Shown one piece after another: positions 26,775-36,799 of a DNA stretch of 61,975 bases; position 1 is the first letter of the stretch; the number at the start of each line of letters is the position of its first letter. Made by a program: the position numbers and the translations under genes. Source of the DNA: a virus (taxonomy: Duplodnaviria > Caudoviricetes); the IMG/VR virus record IMGVR_UViG_3300037247_001905, positions 1 through 61,975 of that record. One strand, written 5' to 3'. The notes beneath the pieces are model-generated. The model searched no databases, was not told the DNA's origin, and saw nothing but the letters and a program-made list of their open reading frames with translations.

Positions 26775-27908
26775 ATGAGCAGCAGGAATCCCTGCCTAAC
26801 CGCCGAACAGTCCGCAGCGGTGACGGGTATCTTCGAGATCATCGAGAACAGCAGTTTTTGCGGGATGACGCTGGCCGGCGTCGCGGGCACCGGCAAGACC
26901 ACCTGCATCAAGGCGATCGTCGACCGTTGCGCAGCAACGTACCGCCCCTGCGTCGTGGCGCCCACCGGCAAAGCAGCGTTCGTCCTCTGCAACAAAGGCG
27001 TCCCTGCGCGCACCGTCCACGCGGCCATCTATCACTGTGTTCGCGACGACCACGGCTTTGTCAAGTTCCTGCTCGACAACCGCGCAGAAACATGGGATAC
27101 CGTTGACCTGCTCATCTGCGACGAGGCTTCAATGGTCAACACCGCCCTGCACGAAGACATCACGACAATCTGTCGCACGCACGAGATCCCGCTTCTCTAC
27201 GTCGGCGATCCCTGCCAACTCGAGCCCATCGGCCAAGACCCGCGATTGCTTGACGACCCTGATTTCCTCCTTGCCGAGATCCACCGACAGGCGCTGGCTT
27301 CTCCCATCATTCGCTTTGCGCACGCCGAGCGCGTCGGCGACATCTTCGGTGAATCCAAGGACCAGACGGGCCTCAAGATCGTGCCGCAACAGGCGGCGCC
27401 TGAACACGCCACCGCAGCAGACTGCGTCATCTGCGGCTTCAACGACACCCGACAACTCTACAACGAGACCTTCCGCGAAATCCACGACTTTAGCGGCGTC
27501 CTGCAACCAGGCGAACAGATCATCTGCCTCCGCAACAACCGGGAGCACGGCATCTACAACGGCATGTCCGCCAAGGTGCTGCGCATCATTAGCGAAACGG
27601 ACCGTATCATCGTCGTTGATATCGCACTCGACAACGGCGCACGGCTCGTCTGTGTCCCCCTGCTCAAAGAGCAGTTCGGCGCTCCCGCCATCCCGTTCGG
27701 TAAAGAGCCGGCTTGGGCGGCAACCGGCGGCCCCTACACCCTCTGGGACTACGGCTACTGCATTACCGCACACAAGGCTCAGGGCTCCGAGTGGGACAAC
27801 GTTCTCGTCATTGAAGAAACCTCATCCGGTTGGAACGAACACCGCTGGCGGTATACTGCCATCACACGAGCGGCCAAACGGCTCGTCTACGCCACCGATC
27901 GCTTCTAA
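26775..27908 (+). CDS. RecD/Dda-like superfamily 1B helicase
   Basis: GVAGTGKTT, APTGKAA, ICDEASM, VGDPCQL.P, EIHRQ, YCITAHKAQGSEW, YTAITRA. Confidence 0.95.
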   Translation: MSSRNPCLTAEQSAAVTGIFEIIENSSFCGMTLAGVAGTGKTTCIKAIVDRCAATYRPCVVAPTGKAAFVLCNKGVPARTVHAAIYHCVRDDHGFVKFLLDNRAETWDTVDLLICDEASMVNTALHEDITTICRTHEIPLLYVGDPCQLEPIGQDPRLLDDPDFLLAEIHRQALASPIIRFAHAERVGDIFGESKDQTGLKIVPQQAAPEHATAADCVICGFNDTRQLYNETFREIHDFSGVLQPGEQIICLRNNREHGIYNGMSAKVLRIISETDRIIVVDIALDNGARLVCVPLLKEQFGAPAIPFGKEPAWAATGGPYTLWDYGYCITAHKAQGSEWDNVLVIEETSSGWNEHRWRYTAITRAAKRLVYATDRF

Positions 27909-27928
27909 ACCACAGCCAAGGAGACTCT

Positions 27929-29638
27929 ATGCTCACCCGCACACTCATCCTGATAGGACTCTTTGCCGCCCAAGCCGCGGCCCAAACCCCGTCCGTGCCT
28001 GCGAAGGCACCTGTAGCGCGGTTTCTCGACCCGCCGGGGCTGCCTGCCGTAACCATCGAAGTTGGTGTCTGGGACTCAACTGGGATTGCCTATGTTGAGT
28101 ACCTCAGCGTTCAACGACAACCGCATGCGCTCGGGTATCTGACGCTTGATGTGCCTTGGGGCGCAGAGACCGAACGCAATGAGGTTGTCCGTGTCGTAGC
28201 CAATGACGGTACCGAGCGCACAATCACCATTCATCTCGAACGCCCCGCTGCGCTGCGCGCGGTTGCAACTCAAGCAGAGTTCGATGATGCGCTGGCCACC
28301 ATGACCAACGGCGGCGTCATCAGTCTTGCTCCGCACCAGACGTGGTTGCTGCGCGACGTCCCCGCAGCCAGCGCCCGATGGATCTGGATTACTTCCCCCG
28401 AGGGCGCCGCGTTTGTGGTGGGTGCCGGCTCTGGTATCACCCGGATCCATGCCGACCATCTTGGCTTTGTGGGTTGCACCCTCGATCTGCCCTCGATCGG
28501 CGCGTTCTCGATTGACTCGAACGATGAAATCGCATTTGTTGACTGCGACTTGGTTGGCAAGGAGGGTATCCGCTGGGTACCGGCGGTCATTGGCGGCGAC
28601 GCCGGTGCCGGGCAGAAGTTCTACTTCGAGCGGTGTCACATCGTCGGCCGCACAACCTACGGTTTTACCGATGCGTACCTCGTTGATCGGTGCATCATCG
28701 ACTCGTTTCGTGGCGACGCGTTTCAGCACAGCCTAAACATTACGCGGTGCCGGATCGACGAGGTGTACGATTCAGGAGACGGCCACCACAAGGATCTTCT
28801 TCAGGACTTCGTTGACGTCGAAAACCAACTCATAAGTGACGTGCAGCTACTTGGGATCGCCGTCGGATTGCAGGACGACTTCGACGAAGACAACTTCCGC
28901 ATCGGGCAGTACGATGCGCGCATAGATGCTGTACGAGACCGCTATGTAAAGGCGAACAGCGTCATTCGTCGGGTGCAGGTGCTTCGCCACGACACAATCA
29001 GCCCGCCGCAGTCTCAACAATGGGGCACACAATCCAACTGCGGTATCATCGACTGCGCGTTCCTTCAGGGTATCTCATGGCGGGGCTCGGCATCGAACAC
29101 CAACCAGTTTACAGCGCTCAACGGCTACACCGTTGACGGTCTGCTCTGCGGATTGGCGTCATCTATTGAAATCACGGGCGAGCGGTTCGGCACCGGTGGA
29201 TTTGGGCCGGGCGTAACGTGGAACAATGTGGGCGTCACCGAATCGAAGTGGGCGAACAACGGGTTTGTCGGAGTCACAGAGGCGTACCCGTACACCGATG
29301 CGCTCGCGTACCTCGGCATTGAACCGCCGCTCTCGCCGGACTCCGCGCCGCCGGACGTCACTCCGGTTCTGGTCTACGACATCCGATTTGACATAACCAC
29401 GCAGGGCGTCGCAGCCGGCGATCCTGGTTGGCTTGAGCCCGATGGCCTGATTAGCGGCGCGGACCTCCAGGCGTTTACGAACCTCTGGCACACCCAGGAC
29501 CAACGCGCGGACCTGACGACTCAAGGGGCCAGCCTGAGCGACCCCGCGTACATGGTGCCCGACGGCTTTGTGACCGGCGCGGACATCGCGGTGTACGTCA
29601 ACTATTGGCACATCAACAACGGCGCGGCTGCCCTGTAA
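27929..29638 (+). CDS. Secreted beta-helix-like protein with C-terminal Phycisphaerales-style (GC-type) dockerin repeat
   Basis: Signal peptide MLTRTLILIGLFAAQAAAQ; twin repeats DITTQG...DPGW..PDG.ISGADL..F.NLW and DLTTQG...DPAY..PDG.VTGADI..YVNYW. Confidence 0.75.
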   Translation: MLTRTLILIGLFAAQAAAQTPSVPAKAPVARFLDPPGLPAVTIEVGVWDSTGIAYVEYLSVQRQPHALGYLTLDVPWGAETERNEVVRVVANDGTERTITIHLERPAALRAVATQAEFDDALATMTNGGVISLAPHQTWLLRDVPAASARWIWITSPEGAAFVVGAGSGITRIHADHLGFVGCTLDLPSIGAFSIDSNDEIAFVDCDLVGKEGIRWVPAVIGGDAGAGQKFYFERCHIVGRTTYGFTDAYLVDRCIIDSFRGDAFQHSLNITRCRIDEVYDSGDGHHKDLLQDFVDVENQLISDVQLLGIAVGLQDDFDEDNFRIGQYDARIDAVRDRYVKANSVIRRVQVLRHDTISPPQSQQWGTQSNCGIIDCAFLQGISWRGSASNTNQFTALNGYTVDGLLCGLASSIEITGERFGTGGFGPGVTWNNVGVTESKWANNGFVGVTEAYPYTDALAYLGIEPPLSPDSAPPDVTPVLVYDIRFDITTQGVAAGDPGWLEPDGLISGADLQAFTNLWHTQDQRADLTTQGASLSDPAYMVPDGFVTGADIAVYVNYWHINNGAAAL

Positions 29639-29655
29639 CCGAAAGGCCAACACGC

Positions 29656-30153
29656 ATGAACATCGTACAGGAACTCCCCGTTGAACCCCTGTTCACCCTG
29701 CATGGGGACTGCGCCCGCATGGAACTGGCGCCCACCCACATGAGCGAGGGTCTGCGCACGATCACGCCCCGCGGCGCCGATGTCTGCCCGGCGGTGGCGG
29801 GCCTCTTTCGTGACGCCGATCGCAAGCCAACGCACATCGTTCTGTCGTGGGCGCTCGACGGATCGAACGTCGCCAGCCCCGTTCACGAAGACGCCGTCTG
29901 CGAACACGAGCCCGGCGCTCAGGGCACGGACTACGACATTGCCCTGAGCGACAACACTACCGTTCGTGTCAAGTGGGCAAAGAACCGTGAGTTTTGCAGT
30001 GCCGCGGCCTCCGTTGCGCCCGCTATGGGCGACGGTAAACGTGAGTGCGGCTATCTTACTGCCGCGTTGTCAGACCGTAGGCTGCCCGGTGCCCTGCGCA
30101 TCATCGACACCGCAGCGGCGCGCCTCTGCCAACTCTGGATCCAACTGCCGTAG
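29656..30153 (+). CDS. Hypothetical protein
   Basis: GAAAGG RBS. Confidence 0.7.
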   Translation: MNIVQELPVEPLFTLHGDCARMELAPTHMSEGLRTITPRGADVCPAVAGLFRDADRKPTHIVLSWALDGSNVASPVHEDAVCEHEPGAQGTDYDIALSDNTTVRVKWAKNREFCSAAASVAPAMGDGKRECGYLTAALSDRRLPGALRIIDTAAARLCQLWIQLP

Positions 30154-30162
30154 GAGACCGCG

Positions 30163-30360
30163 ATGTTCGCCGACGACACACAAGTCGCACAGATCCGCGA
30201 CCTCGACAACTCCGACGCCGACCTGGGCTCACGCGAGGCGCAGTTCATAGGCGATCTCCTCGACAAGCTGGAGAGGACGGGCCGCGTCTTCCTCACCGAC
30301 AAGCAGCGACGGTGGCTCTCTGACATCTACGAACGCCAGCGGTCTGCGGGCAACGTCTAG
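30163..30360 (+). CDS. Hypothetical protein
   Basis: AGGAG RBS; E..FI.DL...LTDKQ..WL..IYER pattern. Confidence 0.75.
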   Translation: MFADDTQVAQIRDLDNSDADLGSREAQFIGDLLDKLERTGRVFLTDKQRRWLSDIYERQRSAGNV

Positions 30361-30362
30361 CA

Positions 30363-30722
30363 GTGCCAGCGATACCGCTCCACAACCGTCACGGCGCTGT
30401 CATTGCGTACGCGATCGTAGACGAACGGGACGCCCATCTCGCCGACCACCGCTGGCATCTGTCCCACAAGGCTTCGCGCAGTTATGCACAGCGCACCTAT
30501 CACATTCCCGGCACGGGCGGCAAGCGCAAGACCGTTCTGCTGCACCGCGTAGTCATGGCCGAAGAACTTGGCGATCAACTGCACATGCACGTCGATCACA
30601 TCAACGGCGACACGCTTGATTGCACCCGAGCGAACCTGCGCGTCTGCTCCCCCCGCGACAACTACCGCCACCGCGATCAGCGCAACAGCGATCCTGAAAA
30701 CATCGACCATCTGCCCGTCTGA
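30363..30722 (+). CDS. HNH endonuclease
   Basis: LHRVVM...VDHINGDTLDCTRANLR.C...DN. Confidence 0.9.
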   Translation: MPAIPLHNRHGAVIAYAIVDERDAHLADHRWHLSHKASRSYAQRTYHIPGTGGKRKTVLLHRVVMAEELGDQLHMHVDHINGDTLDCTRANLRVCSPRDNYRHRDQRNSDPENIDHLPV

Positions 30723-30731
30723 CGCGATGCG

Positions 30732-31034
30732 CTATCTGCCGTTGCCGGATAGCTGCTGCTTTACGATCTTTTCGGTGATGCACTCGAGAAGGGCGGTTGT
30801 CGCCTTTAGATTCTCGCTGATTATGAGATTTGTCTGTGCGGTGCTCGCCGCCTCGCGGTTGCTCACCTCAAGAGAGACCGCCGAAGACTTGAAGGCGTTA
30901 GCAACCGCCTCCATATGCCGTGCAAGTTCACGGCCGACGCTTCTCCACAGAACAATCACTACGCCGCACAACAAGACGATTGCAGCCGCCATCGGGCCTG
31001 CATCTTGTATGAAATCAGCCAGCTCAGGCGCCAT
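30732..31034 (-). CDS. Small membrane protein (holin-like, one TM plus coiled coil)
   Basis: AAAIVLLCGVVIVLW; last gene of the late operon; AAGGAG RBS. Confidence 0.55.
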   Translation of the reverse strand: MAPELADFIQDAGPMAAAIVLLCGVVIVLWRSVGRELARHMEAVANAFKSSAVSLEVSNREAASTAQTNLIISENLKATTALLECITEKIVKQQLSGNGR

Positions 31035-31055
31035 AACAGTCTCCTTGGAAACAGT

Positions 31056-34000
31056 CTACCGCAGACCCTCGAAGCGGTCGAACGCCGTGCGCCCTTTGGA
31101 GCCGCCCAGCCGTCCCTCGAACTCTTCCAGTCTTCCTTCCAGTTCGGCAACCATCGCCGCGCGCCCCTCATTCCCAACGGCCTGCCTGCGACTCGTTGCC
31201 GTACCGTGCTGCACGATGACCTCAGGGGGCAACCCCGTTGATCGGCTGAGGGTGGCCACGAAAGCGTCGGTGTACTCCTGACGCACGTCCGCCGGGATGG
31301 AATCCAAGATCCGCTCCATACGGGGGCTCTCCCTGAGCCTCGCGGCTGCAACGAGCTTCTGGCGGTTCAGCCTCATCGGGAACCCAAAGCGTTTCTCGAA
31401 CTCTCTGCCGGCTCCCTCAAAGGCGTCCATGTCATTAGCTTGCAGGGCGTCGACAGCCGCCTTCGTGATCTGAAGGGCCGTCTCACGCCCCGCCAGCAGC
31501 GCCCGCTCGGCCTCCTGGGTCTGCCGGCCCACCGGGATCCCCAACGCCCGCAGCATGACGTCCAGAGCCGCCTCACGCCCGATCAGATTGCCGCTTGGCC
31601 CGTCAAAGACCGGCACCGTCAGCCGCCCGGTCTCGGCGTCCCGCTCGAGATCCTGCCAGCCCACATACCGGGGCTGTACCCCCTTCGGCAACGGGGCCCG
31701 TCCGAACACCTGAGTAAGTCGTCTCGCAGCAATCCCGCCCGGGATCAGCCGCGACGCGTTCCTCCCCAACAGTTCGGCATCCTGCGTGGCCAACCCGATC
31801 GCCAGCCCATACGCAAGGTCGATCGCCGGCGGAACAGGCAACGGGCCCTCCCGTGCGCTGAACCGCCCGCTCTCGAACCCCGGCAGTACATCCGTCTGCG
31901 CACTGAAGAACAGCCCGCGCGACAGGTCCAGCCCCAGTACGTTCTTTCCGACCTCATACACAAGCGCGCTAAACCCGATCCCGCGCATGATGTCGAACGC
32001 GGAGGCGCCCGCTCGTCCGAGTTCAATGTCACGACCTGCAAAGGTGCGTGTCGTGCCCGCCAGCTTTGACGTAAACGCAAACGGCGATGTAAACGATCGC
32101 GTCTGGAAACTGAGGAACTGCCGCATCACCGGCCCGGCAAAGAACCCGCCCGTCGGTGAGAGGTCGGCGGCGCGCCCCGTCGCCTGAAAGATGACCGGCG
32201 TGTTGCGCACACCCGCCCCGAACTGCGTCTCGTCCACGATACGACGCACATCGGTTATGAACTCCGGCGCGTCCAGCGCAAGCCCCTTCGTCCGGTAGAA
32301 ACTCTCAACCGCGTGCGCAGTTACAGACCTGTTCAACCACTCTGCCTTCTCAAACAGCTTCATCGGATACTCAAAGATGATCTGTTCGGCCAACGGCCCC
32401 CGGCCAATGTTCCCGCGCACCTGTCTCGAGGTCACGTCATCAAGCAACTCAAACGACGTAGCTAGCAGTCCGCTCTCCTCCCCATACTTGAAGTGCGCCC
32501 GTACCAACTCGTCGCGTTGCAACTTCGTAATCGGCTTGAATCCATACCGCCGGGCGCGCTCGGCACCGTAGTCAAGCATCTCCTTTACGCCCTTGGCGTA
32601 TCCCTTGAGAACGTGACGTTCGCCAAGGATCACCGGCCCCAGCAGGAACGGCTGCGTCATATTGAGGATCACGCTGCCCATGTTCACGCCAAGGTGCGAC
32701 ACATAAAGCGTGCCCGCCACCGCACGGCTCAACCCCTGCGCGTCCGCGAGCGTCGTCGGCCGATCGGCCCAGTTCTTTAGCGACCCGACGAACCGCTTGC
32801 CCCGCTCTCCGGTCTTCGCGATCGCGTCGCCCAAGCCTGAATCCGCCAGCGCCCTTGCCGAGTGCTTCGCCTGAATGAGCGAGAGTTGCACGGCCATCGA
32901 CTTCGGCTGCGCAACGCCGAGCGCCTGCGGCATAACAATGTCGGTGATGACCCGCTGCGCATACCCGTTGTGGTTGAGCGCTTTCCAGTCGGCCTCGATC
33001 AGATCCGTCACCGCCCACCCGCCCGGCGGCGCGTTCTCAAGGCTCTGCACCGGCACCGTCACATCATCGAGCCCCAGTTTCTTTGCGGCCTCCTTGCTGA
33101 CGCTGCTGTACCCCGCACCGCCCACGCTCTTTGGGTCGAGAACCTGTACAACTTTCTTGCCGCCCAAGCCTGTCTCATTGCGGATTGCGGCGTGGGCGGC
33201 AAGCACCTCCGCGTTGGGCGCGTCGCTGAGCGCAAGCATCCGTGTCGTCGCGTTGTGGTGCTTGGCTACTTGCTCCATCGCGTTGATCCGCAAGAACCGG
33301 GTCGAGCGAGACGCGTCTCTTGTTTTGTTGAGTAGCTTTTCGGCGTCTTCAATCAACACGCTCAACTCGGCGGTCGCGTCGTTGCCGAAGGTCTTGCGTA
33401 GCGAGTTTAGGTCGTCGGGGTGGTGGTGCAGCGTAAATCGCTTGCGGTTGAACACCGACGGCGCGGGCCGCACGGCGCTAATGGGGTTGCCGCGCCGCTG
33501 CACCCATGCGTTTTGGTCTAGCACTTCACCGTTGATGATATCGTCGAACAGGTTGCGGGGCATGTAGGTCGCACGGTTGACGCTGACCGGTGCGCGAATC
33601 GTGTTCTCCAGAGCCTCCCGAAACTGGATGAAGGAAACCTTACCGAGTGCAACTTGTTCGCTCATTGGGCCAAGGAACTGTCGGGCGATCTCCGCTCCCT
33701 GAATCGTCTCGACGTCGAGTGTCGCCCCGCCCCGGATGCTGCGGTTCTGGAGCACGTTGAAGATCCGCCGGAGCCGGTCCTCGTCCCCAAATATCAACGT
33801 GGCGCTGTCGTCAAAGTGGTCGTCGATCGCTTTGGACAGGTTCCCCAATCCGAGCGAAGCTACCTTGTCGTCAACGGCCTTCCGTGACGCCACCAGCGCG
33901 GGGTGCTGTACGACCTCCTGCACCGGCACCCCGTCCTTTACGACCGTTACGCGCTCGGCGGTGTTCTCCCACATCCGCATCCGCTTGGCCGTCAGCACAT

Positions 34001-34577
34001 CACTGATCTCGCGGGCCCGTGCGCGCTTGACAGGATCATTGATGGTCTGCCAATCAAGGTGCGGCAGGTTGTACCGTGCAAGAACATCGTGCAGGGGACG
34101 CTCAAAGCGTTTGGCAAAGATCGCGTTGCGGCTGAACGTGCGTGAAGCTATCTGGGCTTGGGCGGCACCGACGACTGTCCGTTCAAGCACCTGTTGCGGC
34201 GTCTTGAAGGCCCCGAGCCAACCGGCCTGTTCCAGCACGAACGCCGAGTGCTTTGCCTTCATGCTGCCCACAAGTGACTTGGCGCCCCGTCCGATCGCCG
34301 TTGTGCCGATGGGCGTCGTAACCACCCAGAACCAGATGAGAGGGTTGGTAGCGATGTCGACCAGGGCGTTCGTAATGCTGCCGCCCCCCGCCGCGTCCTT
34401 CAGCCGGCGCGCAACACCATTGCGCTCCTTAGGCGTCAACTTCGAGGGATCGAAGAACGTTGCCAGCGCCGCGTCTGTCGTAAACTCTCTGTCCCAGACG
34501 AGACTGAATACCTGCTCGGGCGCGTCGTAGACGCCGAGCGGCTCGAAAGGCGACGTTCTGATCGGCACTTGTGACAT
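31056..34577 (-). CDS. Large internal virion / DNA ejection protein (putative)
   Basis: 1173 aa, helical, distal position in a podovirus-type late operon. Confidence 0.6.
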   Translation of the reverse strand: MSQVPIRTSPFEPLGVYDAPEQVFSLVWDREFTTDAALATFFDPSKLTPKERNGVARRLKDAAGGGSITNALVDIATNPLIWFWVVTTPIGTTAIGRGAKSLVGSMKAKHSAFVLEQAGWLGAFKTPQQVLERTVVGAAQAQIASRTFSRNAIFAKRFERPLHDVLARYNLPHLDWQTINDPVKRARAREISDVLTAKRMRMWENTAERVTVVKDGVPVQEVVQHPALVASRKAVDDKVASLGLGNLSKAIDDHFDDSATLIFGDEDRLRRIFNVLQNRSIRGGATLDVETIQGAEIARQFLGPMSEQVALGKVSFIQFREALENTIRAPVSVNRATYMPRNLFDDIINGEVLDQNAWVQRRGNPISAVRPAPSVFNRKRFTLHHHPDDLNSLRKTFGNDATAELSVLIEDAEKLLNKTRDASRSTRFLRINAMEQVAKHHNATTRMLALSDAPNAEVLAAHAAIRNETGLGGKKVVQVLDPKSVGGAGYSSVSKEAAKKLGLDDVTVPVQSLENAPPGGWAVTDLIEADWKALNHNGYAQRVITDIVMPQALGVAQPKSMAVQLSLIQAKHSARALADSGLGDAIAKTGERGKRFVGSLKNWADRPTTLADAQGLSRAVAGTLYVSHLGVNMGSVILNMTQPFLLGPVILGERHVLKGYAKGVKEMLDYGAERARRYGFKPITKLQRDELVRAHFKYGEESGLLATSFELLDDVTSRQVRGNIGRGPLAEQIIFEYPMKLFEKAEWLNRSVTAHAVESFYRTKGLALDAPEFITDVRRIVDETQFGAGVRNTPVIFQATGRAADLSPTGGFFAGPVMRQFLSFQTRSFTSPFAFTSKLAGTTRTFAGRDIELGRAGASAFDIMRGIGFSALVYEVGKNVLGLDLSRGLFFSAQTDVLPGFESGRFSAREGPLPVPPAIDLAYGLAIGLATQDAELLGRNASRLIPGGIAARRLTQVFGRAPLPKGVQPRYVGWQDLERDAETGRLTVPVFDGPSGNLIGREAALDVMLRALGIPVGRQTQEAERALLAGRETALQITKAAVDALQANDMDAFEGAGREFEKRFGFPMRLNRQKLVAAARLRESPRMERILDSIPADVRQEYTDAFVATLSRSTGLPPEVIVQHGTATSRRQAVGNEGRAAMVAELEGRLEEFEGRLGGSKGRTAFDRFEGLR

Positions 34578-34642
34578 AGCAAAGGGGGCCGAGCCCTGCT
34601 TTGTAGAAGCCCGACCCCCTGGTGGTTACTGCACTACGCGCG

Positions 34643-35308
34643 TTACGCCCCGCTTGACGATGCCTCTGACAACGATACCGAAGACGATGCCGCCGATGAT
34701 GATATTGACCCTGACGTAGTGGTTGCCGCCGACGAAGTAGTTACCGCCGACGAAGAAGAAATGGCGGAGCCGCCTGTTGCCGGGAACGTATTGGTGAACG
34801 CCGGGGGTGCGCTGGCGCCCGGACCGCTGCCGTCGCCGCCGGCGGGCAGCATTTCGGTCGTGCCGCCCGACAAGATTGACGGGGATTCCTGCCCGCTCAC
34901 CTCTGTCGTGTAGAGCATAAGCGTGTATTCGGCGCTGGCCAACGAGTCGTTTGCAATCAGCCACAGTGTTTCGCCGGGCTCGAGTACGGGGTTGCCGCCG
35001 TCGTTGTCGGCTTTCGCGATCGTAAAGTCGCGGCGACGCGCGGCGTTGTCGTCGAGCGCAATGGTGTTGCTGATGACAATACCGTTCGTTTCGGGCTCGG
35101 CATCGCCGGCCTGCCCAACATACAGGGTTGCCGCGCGGCTGGCTGGTTCGTTTGTCCCGTGCATCAGGTGCGCCCCGTCGATGCGGGTAGGCTTGCGTGC
35201 CGTCAGCAGGGGGATTGTCGTTCGCCCTGATCCCGCGAACGCAAACAGATGACGCATTGCGTCGCCGGGGTACATCTCAACAGGTGCGCCAGGATCTTGT
35301 TTCATCAC
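34643..35308 (-). CDS. Putative virion protein with Ser/Thr-rich C-terminal tail
   Basis: Beta-rich N-terminus; ends SAISSSSAVTTSSAATTTSGSISSSAASSSVSLSEASSSGA. Confidence 0.7.
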   Translation of the reverse strand: MMKQDPGAPVEMYPGDAMRHLFAFAGSGRTTIPLLTARKPTRIDGAHLMHGTNEPASRAATLYVGQAGDAEPETNGIVISNTIALDDNAARRRDFTIAKADNDGGNPVLEPGETLWLIANDSLASAEYTLMLYTTEVSGQESPSILSGGTTEMLPAGGDGSGPGASAPPAFTNTFPATGGSAISSSSAVTTSSAATTTSGSISSSAASSSVSLSEASSSGA

Positions 35309-36093
35309 AGTTCTCCGATCGGGTCGAGGTCAATGCTGTTTGCAAACCGCCCTTCCAGCATGGCTCCTGCTACTTGGTCGAGCGCATCGACGCGATCGAC
35401 GTTGCCAAACATTCTACCGCCTCGGGGCAGGAGTCGACCCGCCCGCAACTGATTGTAGAGGTGCGGGTCCATCCCTGCAAGCCGTGCCAACTGCTGGGCC
35501 TTCAACTCCTGAATCCGTTGGATCCGCTCCTGAAGGAGCATCTGCTGCCGCGTCTGGAACTCAATGGCCCCCGCCAACTGCTGTGTACGGCCTCCCACAT
35601 CAGTAACAATCGCCTCTCCAAGCGGCTCGCCAGCCGCTCGCCCAACGACAGTTGCACCCAGCAGCGTGCCTGCTCCGGCTGTAATGGGATGGCTGATAAA
35701 CCCCTGACGTGTCGTGCGTGCAGCCGCCTTCAGCAGCCCCTCTCCCTCACGCGATACCAGCCGGGTTTGCCGCCCAGAGCCGATTGTCGACTGTAGCTCT
35801 TGCAGCAGTTGTTTGCGGCCCTTGACTGTTTCTACTGCCGGCCCGAACTGTCGGCGAGCTTTGCCGCTGAACGCAGGCCCAGCGCCCCCGCCGGGCTTGA
35901 AGGGATTGACCTTGACCTTTGCGCCGCTGGCGAACTCGACCTCGAGACGCGTGCCTACCGACCGTGTACGACGGACGCGGTCGCCCGCTTTGGTCAGCTT
36001 CGTAACCTCGGCGAAGTCGTCCAGTCGGATACGGCGCGCACCACGAGCGGCCTGCAATGCCGTCTTCAATGCGCTGGTTGCCAATCGACTCAT
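35305..36093 (-). CDS. Putative internal virion protein
   Basis: 262 aa, coupled within the late operon. Confidence 0.6.
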   Translation of the reverse strand: MSRLATSALKTALQAARGARRIRLDDFAEVTKLTKAGDRVRRTRSVGTRLEVEFASGAKVKVNPFKPGGGAGPAFSGKARRQFGPAVETVKGRKQLLQELQSTIGSGRQTRLVSREGEGLLKAAARTTRQGFISHPITAGAGTLLGATVVGRAAGEPLGEAIVTDVGGRTQQLAGAIEFQTRQQMLLQERIQRIQELKAQQLARLAGMDPHLYNQLRAGRLLPRGGRMFGNVDRVDALDQVAGAMLEGRFANSIDLDPIGEL

Positions 36094-36452
36094 CAGATGC
36101 CCAATGCTTGTGCGATCTCGGCGATGGTCGCGTGCGGCCGGATGCTCGCGCTGGCCAGCGCCGTTTGGTTCTGTTCTATTACACCCAGCAGTTCGAGGTC
36201 GCCCACAAAGGTTGCACCGGCGACGGCGCGGCCGCCCTCCAGTTGCAGTTCGGCGATGGCGTCGAAGAACGCGGTATCGCGCTCGGCCTTTTGCAGTGCA
36301 GTGCCGACCGCAGCCGCCTCTTCACCGAAGAGAAATCGCTGCGCCTCCGCTGGCGCCGGGTCGCGGCCTGTCAGATCGCGACCAAGCCGCCCAAGTTCTA
36401 CAGCGGTGAACCCGATAGTTGTGCCCCCAAGCAGCAGTGCAGGTAGTCCCAT
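36093..36452 (-). CDS. Putative internal virion protein
   Basis: TGATG coupling; hydrophobic Gly-rich N-terminus. Confidence 0.6.
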   Translation of the reverse strand: MGLPALLLGGTTIGFTAVELGRLGRDLTGRDPAPAEAQRFLFGEEAAAVGTALQKAERDTAFFDAIAELQLEGGRAVAGATFVGDLELLGVIEQNQTALASASIRPHATIAEIAQALGI

Positions 36453-36799
36453 CAGGCGGCTCCTTCACGGAGGTCAGTGCAGAACTGGCCCTCCTCAACC
36501 GCCGTAAGCATACCAACGCCGACCGTACTCTGGTTGGTCTGTACGTCGTGGGATGTCCAGATCACGGCGTCCTCATGGTTCTTTACGTCGTTCGGCACGT
36601 CCCGCAACAACCGCCGCACGTCCTGCTTCGGCAGCAACAGGCGGCCGTCTACGCGCAGCGTTGCGTCCTCGGCGCCCGCGAGGAACGCCGGACAATCGCC
36701 GATCGTCTCCAGCGTGCGCAGCCGTACTACGCAACCGCCCGCTTCTGCGTGCAACCGGGCCACCAGATGACTGACGAGTTTGGCCTCCGCCCCGGTCAC
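36452..36799 (-). CDS. Hypothetical protein
   Basis: Coupled at both ends. Confidence 0.5.
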   Translation of the reverse strand: MTGAEAKLVSHLVARLHAEAGGCVVRLRTLETIGDCPAFLAGAEDATLRVDGRLLLPKQDVRRLLRDVPNDVKNHEDAVIWTSHDVQTNQSTVGVGMLTAVEEGQFCTDLREGAA

